Source: Bacteroidota bacterium (GTDB taxonomy: Bacteria > Bacteroidota > Bacteroidia > Palsa-965). From it: a DNA stretch of 56,554 nt. The stretch covers positions 1-56,554 of the forward strand of contig JBJOKQ010000002.1 of assembly GCA_046046005.1 (NCBI GenBank), written 5' to 3'. Under the pieces are notes generated by a model. It made no database searches, had not been told where the DNA came from, and saw only the letters and a program-made list of their open reading frames with translations. Positions 19,069-27,428 of the stretch are shown here, one piece after another (positions within the stretch are counted from its first letter, which is position 1; every line of letters begins with the position of its first letter). Both the position numbers and the translations under genes were made by a program.

Positions 19069-19620
19069 ATGAAAACAAAGAACATTTTAGTGATTGCCGG
19101 CGGCGTTTTGTTCGGCACAACTTTACTTTCCTTTCAGGTTCTGAATCAGAAATGGAACGTGAATGTGAAAGAAGCGAAAATCACATTCGATATGCCTAAC
19201 GGCAGACACAACGGAACTGTAGGCGGACTCAACACCACTTTCGAGTTCAATCCAATGGATCCTTCTCAATCTTCGATTGTTGCGTCAGTTGCTGTAAATC
19301 AATTGAAAGCGGACAACGATAAACTCACTGAACATCTGATGTCGGCTGATTTCTTCGATGCAGCAAATCATCCGGAGATTAAATTCACTTCCGACTCTAT
19401 CCGCAAGAACGACACTGCATACGTTGCATACGGCAAACTCGCTATGCGTGATTCCATTCACAACATTGCTGTTCCTTTCAAATTTATTCAGGAAGGCAAG
19501 AAAGCAACATTCAAAGGATCAATGGATATTTTCGCTGGTGACTACGGCATTGGGAAGAAGAGCGAAAAAGGGAATGATCGCGTTGTAATCGGAATTGAGG
19601 TTCCTGTTTCAGAAGAATAA
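19069..19620 (+). CDS. YceI family protein
   Basis: A signal/TM segment is followed by KITFDMPNGRHNGTVGGL, then HLMSADFFDAANHPEIKFTSDSI. These are typical YceI-like blocks. Confidence 0.8.
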   Translation: MKTKNILVIAGGVLFGTTLLSFQVLNQKWNVNVKEAKITFDMPNGRHNGTVGGLNTTFEFNPMDPSQSSIVASVAVNQLKADNDKLTEHLMSADFFDAANHPEIKFTSDSIRKNDTAYVAYGKLAMRDSIHNIAVPFKFIQEGKKATFKGSMDIFAGDYGIGKKSEKGNDRVVIGIEVPVSEE

Positions 19621-19640
19621 TCTGATTCACTTCTAAAATA

Positions 19641-19677
19641 AAAGCGGCTGCATGAATTTCATACAGCCGCTTTTTTA
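19641..19677. terminator. Bidirectional rho-independent terminator
   Basis: GCGGCTG (19644-19650) pairs with CAGCCGC (19664-19670). TTTTTT follows and AAAATAAAA precedes. It lies between convergent genes ending at 19620 (+) and 19694 (-). Confidence 0.8.
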
Positions 19678-19693
19678 TTGAGTCAATACCGAA

Positions 19694-22147
19694 CTAACGT
19701 ACTACAGAAATACGCTGTGTTGTTGTTGTTCCGGTTGCAGTCACTTTCACAAAGTAGAATCCGTTTGCGGCGTTCTCTATTGAGACAATGTTGTTCGCAC
19801 CTGCAACTACCGAGTTCAATTGCTGTGTCTGCACAGTGCGACCTTCAACATCTGTGATTTCAATAATCACATCTGAAGCATCAGCGGTAAATACAATATT
19901 GAATTGTCCGTTGTTCGGATTTGGATACAACGTCATTAATGACGCAGAATTATTTTCTGTAATTCCTGTACACTCACTTACAACAATTGTTACACCCGCA
20001 GTTCCTGTACATCCGTTAGCGTCGGTGTATGTGTAGAGCGGAGAATATGAACCTGCACCTACGGAAGGATCAAACTGATTTCCGGTTACTCCAGTTCCGC
20101 TCCATATGCCGCCAACCGGTGTACCAACCATAAATACATCGCCATCAAGTTCACACACCGTGAGATCACTTGCACTTGCAGTCACAGTTGGAACAACATT
20201 GATCGTAACGGAAATTGTATCCGCTGTGCTGCAGCCGTTTGCATCAACAACATTCACCCAATACACGCCGCTGAGTGTTGCGCTGAGAGTTTGAGATGTT
20301 GAACTGTCGCTCCACATATATGTTCCTCCTGCAATCTGCGCATCAAGTACAACTGCGCCTCCGCATTGCGTGGTGTCAGCTCCGAGATACAATGTCGGAT
20401 TTGCATTCAAAGTAACATTGATAGTATCTGAGCTTGTGCAGCCGAATGCATTGGTAACACCAACAAAGTAGGTTCCGCTTACACTTACATTCAACGTCTG
20501 TGCAGTTGAATTGTCATTCCACAGATAACTCATTCCTGCATTCTGAGCATCGAGCATAACAGCTCCGCCGCACTGCGTTATGTCTTGTCCCAACACAACA
20601 ACAGGAAGAGCTTCAACTGTGATAGAAGCACTGTCTGTAAATGAACATCCTAATGAATCAGTAACCGTAATCAAATGCACTGTTGATGAGGTCAACGTAA
20701 CAGTAACTGTTGATCCGGACAAATTACCGGGCTGCCACAGGTAACTCAATGCTCCTGTTCCACCCGATCCATTTGCCATAAGTGTTGTTGCAGAACCTGC
20801 ACACACTGTATCTGGAGCATTTACAAGAATTGAAATCGCAGCAGGATCAACAATTGTCATCGTTTCCATTGTTGTACATCCGTTCGCATCAGTCACAGTG
20901 CAAGAATAAGTTCCTGCCGACATTCCGCTCACTGTTGAAGTGGTTTCTCCTCCCGGCAACCATGCATATGTGTATCCTGCTGTTCCGCCATTTGCAGTTA
21001 CAGTGCTGCTGCCCGTCGCATCTCCGTTACAAGCAGGATTTGTATTTACTGATGATGTTGTAAGCGCTGAAGGTTGATTCACTGTAATTCCGGTAAGCGA
21101 ATCCACACAATTGTTTGCATCAACAACATAAAGTGAATACGTTCCTACTCCTATTCCGCTGATATCTTCCGTCATTGCAGCATTGCTCCACAAGTACGTG
21201 TACGCACCTGTTCCGCCTGTAACACTTGCATCAATTGATCCACTGAATCCTCCGTTGCACAGCACATCTGACGGTGTTGCAGTGATTGCGATTGCAGCAG
21301 GTTGACTGACATTAACAACTGCAGTATCCAGACATCCCGCTCCATCCGCAACAATACAAGAATAAGTTCCCGCTGTTAATCCCGTAGCTGCAGCGCTTGT
21401 TCCTCCTGACGGTAGCCAAGAATAAGTGTAAACACCATTGCCCCCGGTTGCAACAACTGATGCACTTCCGTCTGCAGAACCATTACACAAGGTTGAATTC
21501 GCTGTTCCTGCAACGGTTACCGGCGTACCACCAACGCGAATATCATCCCACGACGCGGTTGCGCCTGCATTGAAATTGTAGAGGTGAATTCTGGTCAACG
21601 AATTCTGAGTAGCGCTTCTGAACGGGAATGCTGTTGATACCAAAACGTTATTGATCCAAATATCGAAAGTGTGAGCCGTCCAGTTAATGTTGCGCATTTC
21701 TATGTGGTACCAAATACCCGCGGTTGCCGTATATTGATAAGTTGAACTGGAGACAAAACGTATTACGTTGGAACTACCCAGCCAATAACAGAACATTACA
21801 CAGTTTGTTGCCGTCACAGAATTATCTCCCGCAACCACATAATTTGTAGCAACTGTTCCTTGTGGATAAATCCACCAACTCATTTCAGAAGGTGTACTCG
21901 ACGCAATTGTTGTGGACAACCCGGTTAAGTGAGTTGAACTACCACCGGTTCCTTCAACACGATACGTACCCACCGCAGGATTTGTAGTTGTAACGTTCCA
22001 AGTTGTCGGAGCAGAACCGACGCTCCACGTCGGAGTGTATGATCCCGATTCAAATCCGTCGTAAAAAAGCGAACCGCATTGCGCGTGTAAACTTGCGCCG
22101 AAAAGTGCGGGCAAAGCAATAGCCAGTAAGGTGTAGAGGTGTTTCAT
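19694..22147 (-). CDS. SprB-repeat / Ig-like adhesin-type protein with an N-terminal LamG-like domain and a T9SS CTD
   Basis: The ORF is trimmed to ATG 22147 (MKHLYTLLAIALPALFGASLHAQ). It has repeated modules of the form C-NG-DGS...GG-G-YTY-W. Two near-identical QCGGAV(M/V)LDAQ modules are present. The C-terminal LMTLYPNPNNGQFNIVF is a T9SS CTD. Confidence 0.85.
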   Translation of the reverse strand: MKHLYTLLAIALPALFGASLHAQCGSLFYDGFESGSYTPTWSVGSAPTTWNVTTTNPAVGTYRVEGTGGSSTHLTGLSTTIASSTPSEMSWWIYPQGTVATNYVVAGDNSVTATNCVMFCYWLGSSNVIRFVSSSTYQYTATAGIWYHIEMRNINWTAHTFDIWINNVLVSTAFPFRSATQNSLTRIHLYNFNAGATASWDDIRVGGTPVTVAGTANSTLCNGSADGSASVVATGGNGVYTYSWLPSGGTSAAATGLTAGTYSCIVADGAGCLDTAVVNVSQPAAIAITATPSDVLCNGGFSGSIDASVTGGTGAYTYLWSNAAMTEDISGIGVGTYSLYVVDANNCVDSLTGITVNQPSALTTSSVNTNPACNGDATGSSTVTANGGTAGYTYAWLPGGETTSTVSGMSAGTYSCTVTDANGCTTMETMTIVDPAAISILVNAPDTVCAGSATTLMANGSGGTGALSYLWQPGNLSGSTVTVTLTSSTVHLITVTDSLGCSFTDSASITVEALPVVVLGQDITQCGGAVMLDAQNAGMSYLWNDNSTAQTLNVSVSGTYFVGVTNAFGCTSSDTINVTLNANPTLYLGADTTQCGGAVVLDAQIAGGTYMWSDSSTSQTLSATLSGVYWVNVVDANGCSTADTISVTINVVPTVTASASDLTVCELDGDVFMVGTPVGGIWSGTGVTGNQFDPSVGAGSYSPLYTYTDANGCTGTAGVTIVVSECTGITENNSASLMTLYPNPNNGQFNIVFTADASDVIIEITDVEGRTVQTQQLNSVVAGANNIVSIENAANGFYFVKVTATGTTTTQRISVVR

Positions 22148-22202
22148 AATGTTTGCCGTTAAGATGTAGTTCAAAAATAGTAAATTTAGACGGCGAACAT
22201 CA

Positions 22203-22880
22203 ATGAAAACTGTACTCATCACCGGCGGAAACAGAGGAATCGGAAAGGAAACTGCCCGACAATGCAAAAACAAAGGAAATTTTGTGATCATCGCCGGAAG
22301 AAATCCATCGCAACTAAACGATACGGCTTCCGAGATTCATGCCGATCATATTCTCGTTATTGATGTTTCCTCAATCGATTCCATTTCAAAAGCAGCTGCA
22401 GTATTTGAAAAAACAAAACTCTCGCTTGATGCGATCGTTAACAACGCAGCAATTCTTCTGAAAAACGATATTAGCATTACTTCCGGTAATAACGGAATAC
22501 TATCTGAAACTCTGACAACTAACGTTCTCGGTCCCGCTCTTGTTATAAACGCATTTCTTCCGTTTCTGAAAAGCGGCGGACAAGTCATCAATGTCTCCAG
22601 CGGAGGCGGTTCGATGAGCGATGATGTTGGCGGTTGGTCTCCTGCTTACTGCATTTCAAAATCTGCACTGAATGCGCTAACACGCCATCAGGCGTATGAA
22701 CTTCAATCGGAAAACATACGAGTGAACGCTGTTTGTCCGGGCTGGACACGCACCGATATGGGTGGAAGTGCTGCTCCTCGACACGTGTCTCAAGGCGCAG
22801 AAACTATTGTCTGGCTCATCAATGAAGAACACAAATTCACCGGAAAATTCTTCCGCGACAAAAATATTATTCCATGGTAA
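22203..22880 (+). CDS. SDR family oxidoreductase (carbonyl-reductase-like)
   Basis: The cofactor motif is TGGNRGIGKE, an NNAA motif is present, and the catalytic YCISKSALN (YxxxK) is intact. Confidence 0.85.
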   Translation: MKTVLITGGNRGIGKETARQCKNKGNFVIIAGRNPSQLNDTASEIHADHILVIDVSSIDSISKAAAVFEKTKLSLDAIVNNAAILLKNDISITSGNNGILSETLTTNVLGPALVINAFLPFLKSGGQVINVSSGGGSMSDDVGGWSPAYCISKSALNALTRHQAYELQSENIRVNAVCPGWTRTDMGGSAAPRHVSQGAETIVWLINEEHKFTGKFFRDKNIIPW

Positions 22881-24019
22881 CAGTCAAGATCAAACTGCTG
22901 CTTATTATCGTGCTATGCAGTTTCATTCGTACGCAATCTGCGCACACACAAACAATGCCGCTCTTCGGACCTGAAATTAAAGTGTTCGTTCAGGGACTCT
23001 CCTTCGACGCTATGGAACCGTTTCTCTCTTCAGATGGGAACACCATGTTTTTCAATTCACTCAACGACGGCATCAACACGCGCGTGCATTACGCAACGAA
23101 AATTGACGATAGCACATTCACGTATGTCGGAGAAGTAAACGGGGTTAATGAAGCGAACAATCCGCAACTCAATGCCGTGGCGTCCATGGATACCGCTAAT
23201 CGTTTTGTGTGGGTGTCGACACGTAATTGGCCAGTGATTACCGAAAATCTTCACCGAGGAAACTATTCGAACGGCTCCTGCACATCAACAGGACGTTTGT
23301 ACGGAAACTTTTACATCTATCAGCCTGGCTGGTTGATCATGGATGCAGCGCTCACTTACAACGGAAGTCAACTGTATTATTGCAACGCGCGCTTCGATAC
23401 GTGTCTCGGTCCTTGTGAAGCACGACTCGGAATTGCAGATCGTGTAAATGATTCCACTTTCAACACTAATGCGAACTCTTCGTACATTTTGCAGAATGTG
23501 AACGACACCAACTATCTGGTGTACGCACCTCAGCTTTCCGCAAACGGACTCGAACTGTATTTCACGCGTTTACTCATTGGTTCTTTCGACACAGAGATTT
23601 GTGTTTCCGTACGCAGCAGCACTAACGATCTGTTCAGCGCTCCAATGGTACTGTATTCCGACTTCCCGAATTTCCCTGAAGCAGCAACAGTTGATTCGTC
23701 AGCATCGCTGATGTACTATCACAAGAAAACCAACGGCACATACGCACTCTATCTGCGTTACCGCTCACCGACAAGTGTGGAAGAAATTGCGCAGCCGTCT
23801 TCGTTTGCATTCCCGAATCCTGCAGGAGATTTCTTCGAAGTGAAAATTCCGAATGCAGCGTCGAGTACAATCACGTTACGCGACACGAAAGGTTGCGTGG
23901 TGCTGCAGGAAACCAACAAAACATACATCAACACAGCGACGCTTGCAGAAGGAATATATTTGCTGAGCGTTGAATTTGACAATACAATTTGGCATCAGAA
24001 AATTCAGATCAGCCATTAA
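22874..24019 (+). CDS. Hypothetical T9SS-secreted protein (possible beta-propeller)
   Basis: The ATG overlaps the SDR stop (ATGGTAA). The signal peptide is MVTVKIKLLLIIVLCSFIRTQSAHTQ. The C-terminal FAFPNPAGDFFEVKI...YLLSVEF is a T9SS CTD. Confidence 0.75.
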   Translation: MVTVKIKLLLIIVLCSFIRTQSAHTQTMPLFGPEIKVFVQGLSFDAMEPFLSSDGNTMFFNSLNDGINTRVHYATKIDDSTFTYVGEVNGVNEANNPQLNAVASMDTANRFVWVSTRNWPVITENLHRGNYSNGSCTSTGRLYGNFYIYQPGWLIMDAALTYNGSQLYYCNARFDTCLGPCEARLGIADRVNDSTFNTNANSSYILQNVNDTNYLVYAPQLSANGLELYFTRLLIGSFDTEICVSVRSSTNDLFSAPMVLYSDFPNFPEAATVDSSASLMYYHKKTNGTYALYLRYRSPTSVEEIAQPSSFAFPNPAGDFFEVKIPNAASSTITLRDTKGCVVLQETNKTYINTATLAEGIYLLSVEFDNTIWHQKIQISH

Positions 24020-24261
24020 GGTAGGCTAACTGAAGCTTTCACCTCGCGCTGAGCACTTCTGTAAAATGAAAAGAACATTACTGCAACCTTTTCATCGAAC
24101 CCGAAAAAATGACACGCTTCGGAATGTTCGACACCAAAAAGGTGGACGACATCTTTGACGCGGGTTACAACCTCGAAATGGGAATGAGAATGAGATTGAA
24201 GAATTCACGTATGGTATTAAATAGAATTTAATACGCAGGCCCCGCATACAACTGTACTTTT

Positions 24262-25428
24262 TCACAACCTCACCCCTAAAACCGTAATATCATCCGTCTG
24301 CGCATACTGCTGCTTCCAGTTCATTAGTGCGTAATCCAGAAACGACGACTGCTCCTCGCCTTTCATTGCGTGTATCGTTTGCAACAACTCACGGAATCCG
24401 CGTTTGTTCAGTTTCTTTTCCCGCTCACCTCCGAACTGATCAGCGTATCCGTCACTGAACATAAACAGCATGTCATCACTGCGCAACTCTAACGTAGTGG
24501 ATTCAAACTTCTTCGGCACATTGTTGTAATAACCTATCGGATATCGCGATGCTGCAATCTCCTGCATCACGCCATCACGGAAAAGTACAAGCGGGCGATA
24601 AGCACCGGAATACTCCAACGTATTGCTGTGTTTCAAAAAACGACACAACGCCACATCCATTCCGTCCGGATACGGATTGTGCGGATGCTCTTTGTTCAAT
24701 GCAATGAACAACTCTTCATCCAGTAACTCCAATATGCGCGACGTACATCCCGGATTTCTATTGATAAAAACTTCTCTGAAAACAGAATGCGCCAGTACCG
24801 ACATCAATGCACCCGGAATTCCATGACCCGTACAATCAATCACCGCCACATAAACGGAATCTTCCGTTTCATGCAACCACCAGAAATCTCCGCTCACAAT
24901 ATCTTTCGGTTTGTAAAACACAAACGCATCTCTGAACTTCCGTTTCAGTTCATTCTCCTGCGGCAGTATTGCAGATTGTATTCGTTGCGCATAACGCAAT
25001 CCGCTTTCCATTTCCTGATTTCGCTCTTGTAAATCTTTCGTGCGTTGCGTCAGCAAATCTTCGCGCTGCTTCTGCTGCGTGATGTCGTAACCGATACCGA
25101 TGAATTTTCCATCATCTGCTGATACTGTATTCCAGTGTATCCATTTTTGTCCGCCCGAAGAAGTGCGCAACATACGTTCGTAAGAATGATTCTTCTGAAT
25201 TCCTTCCGCAATTTTTCTCAAATCCGTTTTCACAATCACACGCTCCGCTTCATTCATGCGCGTATGCGTCAACCATCCGCTTCCCAATAGAAAGTGAGGC
25301 TCAAATCCCAAAACATTCTTCACCGAAGGACTTACATATTGCGCATCGCCTTCTTCATCCAGTATCACCACTATACTGCCCAGTTGTTGCAGTACTTTAT
25401 CCGCCAATGTGTTCATGACGTAATACAT
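24262..25428 (-). CDS. PAS domain-containing PP2C/SpoIIE-family protein phosphatase
   Basis: The N-terminal PAS-like region contains VVILDEEGDAQYVSPSVKNVLGF. The C-terminal region has SGDFWW, AVIDCTGHGIPGALMS, LFMFSDGYADQFG and DDITVLGVRL, typical of RsbU/SpoIIE phosphatases. Confidence 0.85.
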   Translation of the reverse strand: MYYVMNTLADKVLQQLGSIVVILDEEGDAQYVSPSVKNVLGFEPHFLLGSGWLTHTRMNEAERVIVKTDLRKIAEGIQKNHSYERMLRTSSGGQKWIHWNTVSADDGKFIGIGYDITQQKQREDLLTQRTKDLQERNQEMESGLRYAQRIQSAILPQENELKRKFRDAFVFYKPKDIVSGDFWWLHETEDSVYVAVIDCTGHGIPGALMSVLAHSVFREVFINRNPGCTSRILELLDEELFIALNKEHPHNPYPDGMDVALCRFLKHSNTLEYSGAYRPLVLFRDGVMQEIAASRYPIGYYNNVPKKFESTTLELRSDDMLFMFSDGYADQFGGEREKKLNKRGFRELLQTIHAMKGEEQSSFLDYALMNWKQQYAQTDDITVLGVRL

Positions 25429-25692
25429 TTAAACACGTTACCGTGTCTGTTAATACTCTGAGAAATTCTTTTTCGGAAACCGGTGCAACCGCCTATCGGC
25501 AATTCATCACCATCGGACGCATGACATGGCAATACCAGCCAATAAATCGAATCGGCTGATTGCAGTTAAAGCTGTTGTATGTGCTTAACGTTGTCATTGT
25601 TGAAGTGGTACAAAGAAAGGAAGCATTCACGTCATTAGCAAATTTCGCAACGGTGTTAGCAGAAACATAACAATGCTGAGTTTGTTTTTCAT

Positions 25693-25803
25693 GGCGTGTC
25701 CCTCCTGCGTCGGGTCGGGCTTTCGGCTCTACTCCTCGTAAACTGCGGGGTGCCGCCTCAATCCCTCACGCGGGATACATGATTCCGAAAGCTACTATTT
25801 CGG
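25693..25803. other. GC-rich multi-hairpin island (candidate small structured RNA or REP-like element)
   Basis: Positions 25693-25776 are 56/84 = 67% G+C by my count, inside AT-rich intergenic DNA. Hairpins I can draw: GGCGUG/UGCGUC (with G-U pairs, so plus sense is favoured), GCGG-GGUG-CCGC (25745-25756), AUCCC-UCACGC-GGGAU (25761-25776) and CCGAAA-7nt-UUUCGG (25785-25803). No ORF of 60 aa or more is present. Confidence 0.4.
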
Positions 25804-25960
25804 TTCACCGTTGAAGCATTCAATGTTCAATCGTTCAACGTCCGAATTCGCAATTAGTAGTTCATAATCCGCAATTCGTAATCCGTAATAATCATTTTAT
25901 TAATTTGTTTTTCAGCAACTTACGAAGCATTACCTAAGTTTCTTATGCATCAGTGTAACC

Positions 25961-25981
25961 ATACATAACATTCTTATGTAT
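25961..25981. promoter_or_regulatory. Inverted repeat ATACATAA-N5-TTATGTAT directly upstream of the PadR gene (candidate autoregulatory operator)
   Basis: Perfect 8-bp arms are read directly from the sequence. The repeat ends 9 nt before ATG 25990. PadR operators are generally AT-rich ATGT/ACAT-containing inverted repeats. Confidence 0.5.
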
Positions 25982-25989
25982 AATTGCAT

Positions 25990-26334
25990 ATGTATTCAAA
26001 TGAATTAGTTCGCGGAACTCTGAAAACGATTGTTCTGAAACTGCTTAAAGAAGAAGGCAAAATGTACGGATACGAAATCACGCAACGTGTGAAAGAATTG
26101 ACCGACGGGAAAATTCAGATCACGGAAGGTGCGCTCTACCCTACATTGCACGCACTCGAAGCGGAAGGAATTGTAGTTACTGAAACCATGCACATCGGCC
26201 GACGTGTTCGGAAGTACTACAAACTCACCGCAGAAGGTCGCGCGAATGCAAAACGCAAACTCAGCGAGATGGCCGATTTCCTGGGAACGATGCGCATTCT
26301 CTTCGAAGGTACACCGGGGCCACTGCATGCGTAG
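25990..26334 (+). CDS. PadR family transcriptional regulator
   Basis: LVRGTLKTIVLKLLKEEGKMYGYEITQRVKELTDGKIQITEGALYPTLHALEAEGIV is the classic PadR winged-helix signature. The start is ATG 25990, and the track's TTG at 25984 is also possible. Confidence 0.9.
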   Translation: MYSNELVRGTLKTIVLKLLKEEGKMYGYEITQRVKELTDGKIQITEGALYPTLHALEAEGIVVTETMHIGRRVRKYYKLTAEGRANAKRKLSEMADFLGTMRILFEGTPGPLHA

Positions 26335-27391
26335 TCTGTCGGACGAACAAATCGATTTCATTGCAGAAGATATCCGCAGGCGCGGTATCTCTCTGAAAAG
26401 TCTTGAGGATGATCTGCTCGATCACATCTGCTGTTTCATTGAACAAACAGATGATCAACGGCCGTTCGAGCAGGTTTACCTCAAGGCACTGGAAGCCTTT
26501 GGCCATAACGGACTGCAACTGATTCAGGATGAAACGCTCTTTCTCATCAACCAACCTTATTTCAACAAAATGAAAAAAATAGCATATATCACCGGAACAT
26601 TCGCAAGCATGGCGCTTGTGTTGGGCTCGCTGTTTAAATTGCAACACTGGCCCGGAGCAAATATCCTGCTCATTTCAGGAACACTCGTTCTCACATTCCT
26701 CTTCGTTCCTTATTTCTTCTACACTCAATTCAAAGAACAAACGGAGAAAAAAGGAAGAGTGGTTTCCATTATCGGTCTCATCGCAGCGTTCCTTCTCTGT
26801 AACGGCGCATTTTTCAAAATCATGCACTGGCCCGGAGCGTCGCTGATGATTGTTGCCTTCGGTTTCTTCTTCATCATCTTCCTTCCGTTGTATATGATGA
26901 ACGGATTGCGCAATCCTGCAACACGTCTGGCTTCCATCAGTAACGGTTTTCTCTTTGCATGCGTGGGCGGATTCATGATGCTGTTGTCATTTCATAGTTC
27001 CAGCAAAAATGTAATGGACTCCATGACAACTATTGAAAACAACAACACGGCAATGGTGATGCAACTCACAGAACAGTTGAAGTTGTCGGACACAACAGGA
27101 ACTTCCTCAGCCGCCATCGAAAAATTCAAAGCTGCGTGCGACAAAGCTGTTGAAACGTACGCGTCAGTAAAAGGTAGTGGCGCTATTCCGAAAAATGATC
27201 CGATTACCGGCGAAGATCTTCAGGCATTCAACAACGAAGTGTCTGCCGCTGCTGATCAACTCAACGTTGCTCTCGCCTCCGATGCGAAATGGAATAAACT
27301 GGAATTCACACCATTCATTCCAACACTTTCAGCCAATCTGCGCTTTCAGATTGAACAACTGAAGTGCAAGGCCATCCTCAACGCAATGTAA
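26327..27391 (+). CDS. PadR-associated membrane protein with an N-terminal cytoplasmic helical domain, tandem TM hairpins carrying an F-K-(L/I)-x-HWPGA motif, and a C-terminal soluble helical domain
   Basis: ATG 26327 overlaps the PadR stop (ATGCGTAG). The N-terminus is MRSLSDEQIDFIAEDIRRRGISLKSLEDDLLDHICCFIEQ. Two repeats are present: SLFKLQHWPGANILLISG and AFFKIMHWPGASLMIVAF. The track's start at 26204 lies inside padR in another frame and is rejected. Confidence 0.75.
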   Translation: MRSLSDEQIDFIAEDIRRRGISLKSLEDDLLDHICCFIEQTDDQRPFEQVYLKALEAFGHNGLQLIQDETLFLINQPYFNKMKKIAYITGTFASMALVLGSLFKLQHWPGANILLISGTLVLTFLFVPYFFYTQFKEQTEKKGRVVSIIGLIAAFLLCNGAFFKIMHWPGASLMIVAFGFFFIIFLPLYMMNGLRNPATRLASISNGFLFACVGGFMMLLSFHSSSKNVMDSMTTIENNNTAMVMQLTEQLKLSDTTGTSSAAIEKFKAACDKAVETYASVKGSGAIPKNDPITGEDLQAFNNEVSAAADQLNVALASDAKWNKLEFTPFIPTLSANLRFQIEQLKCKAILNAM

Positions 27392-27399
27392 TTGAAGAT

Positions 27400-27423
27400 G
27401 CCGGGGATGGAAACATCTCCGGC
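27400..27423. terminator. Hairpin between convergent genes (weak terminator)
   Basis: GCCGGGGATG-GAAA-CATCTCCGGC has one G-U pair and only a short T-rich tail (TCCCTTT). Confidence 0.5.
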
Positions 27424-27428
27424 TCCCT

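Noticed and set aside
20170-21500. Periodic DNA-level repetition in the SprB-like gene (also at 300-1300), checked as a possible CRISPR or tandem-repeat array
   Set aside because: The repeats are in-frame protein domain repeats (SprB-type and QCGGAV-LDAQ modules) inside a continuous ORF. There is no repeat-spacer structure.
22148-22291. N-terminal extensions proposed by the ORF track, here and at 8421-8492, 32399-32464, 36106-36147, 39906-40019, 42312-42380 and 26204-26326
   Set aside because: In each case an internal ATG gives a clean signal peptide or a canonical family N-terminus. It also removes overlaps with neighbouring genes, so the longer forms are upstream read-through of the open frame.
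24109-24231. 40-aa ORF MTRFGMFDTKKVDDIFDAGYNLEMGMRMRLKNSRMVLNRI in the 242-bp gap
   Set aside because: It is too short, has no recognisable motif, and its conservation cannot be assessed here. It is noted only as a candidate for Ribo-seq or synteny checks.
25493-25597. 34-aa Cys/Trp-containing minus-strand ORF (MTTLSTYNSFNCNQPIRFIGWYCHVMRPMVMNCR) 64 nt upstream of the PAS-PP2C gene; also a 21-aa ORF starting at 25692
   Set aside because: It is superficially like a RiPP precursor or leader peptide. However, no modifying enzymes, transporter or other supporting context is present, and it is easily a chance ORF.
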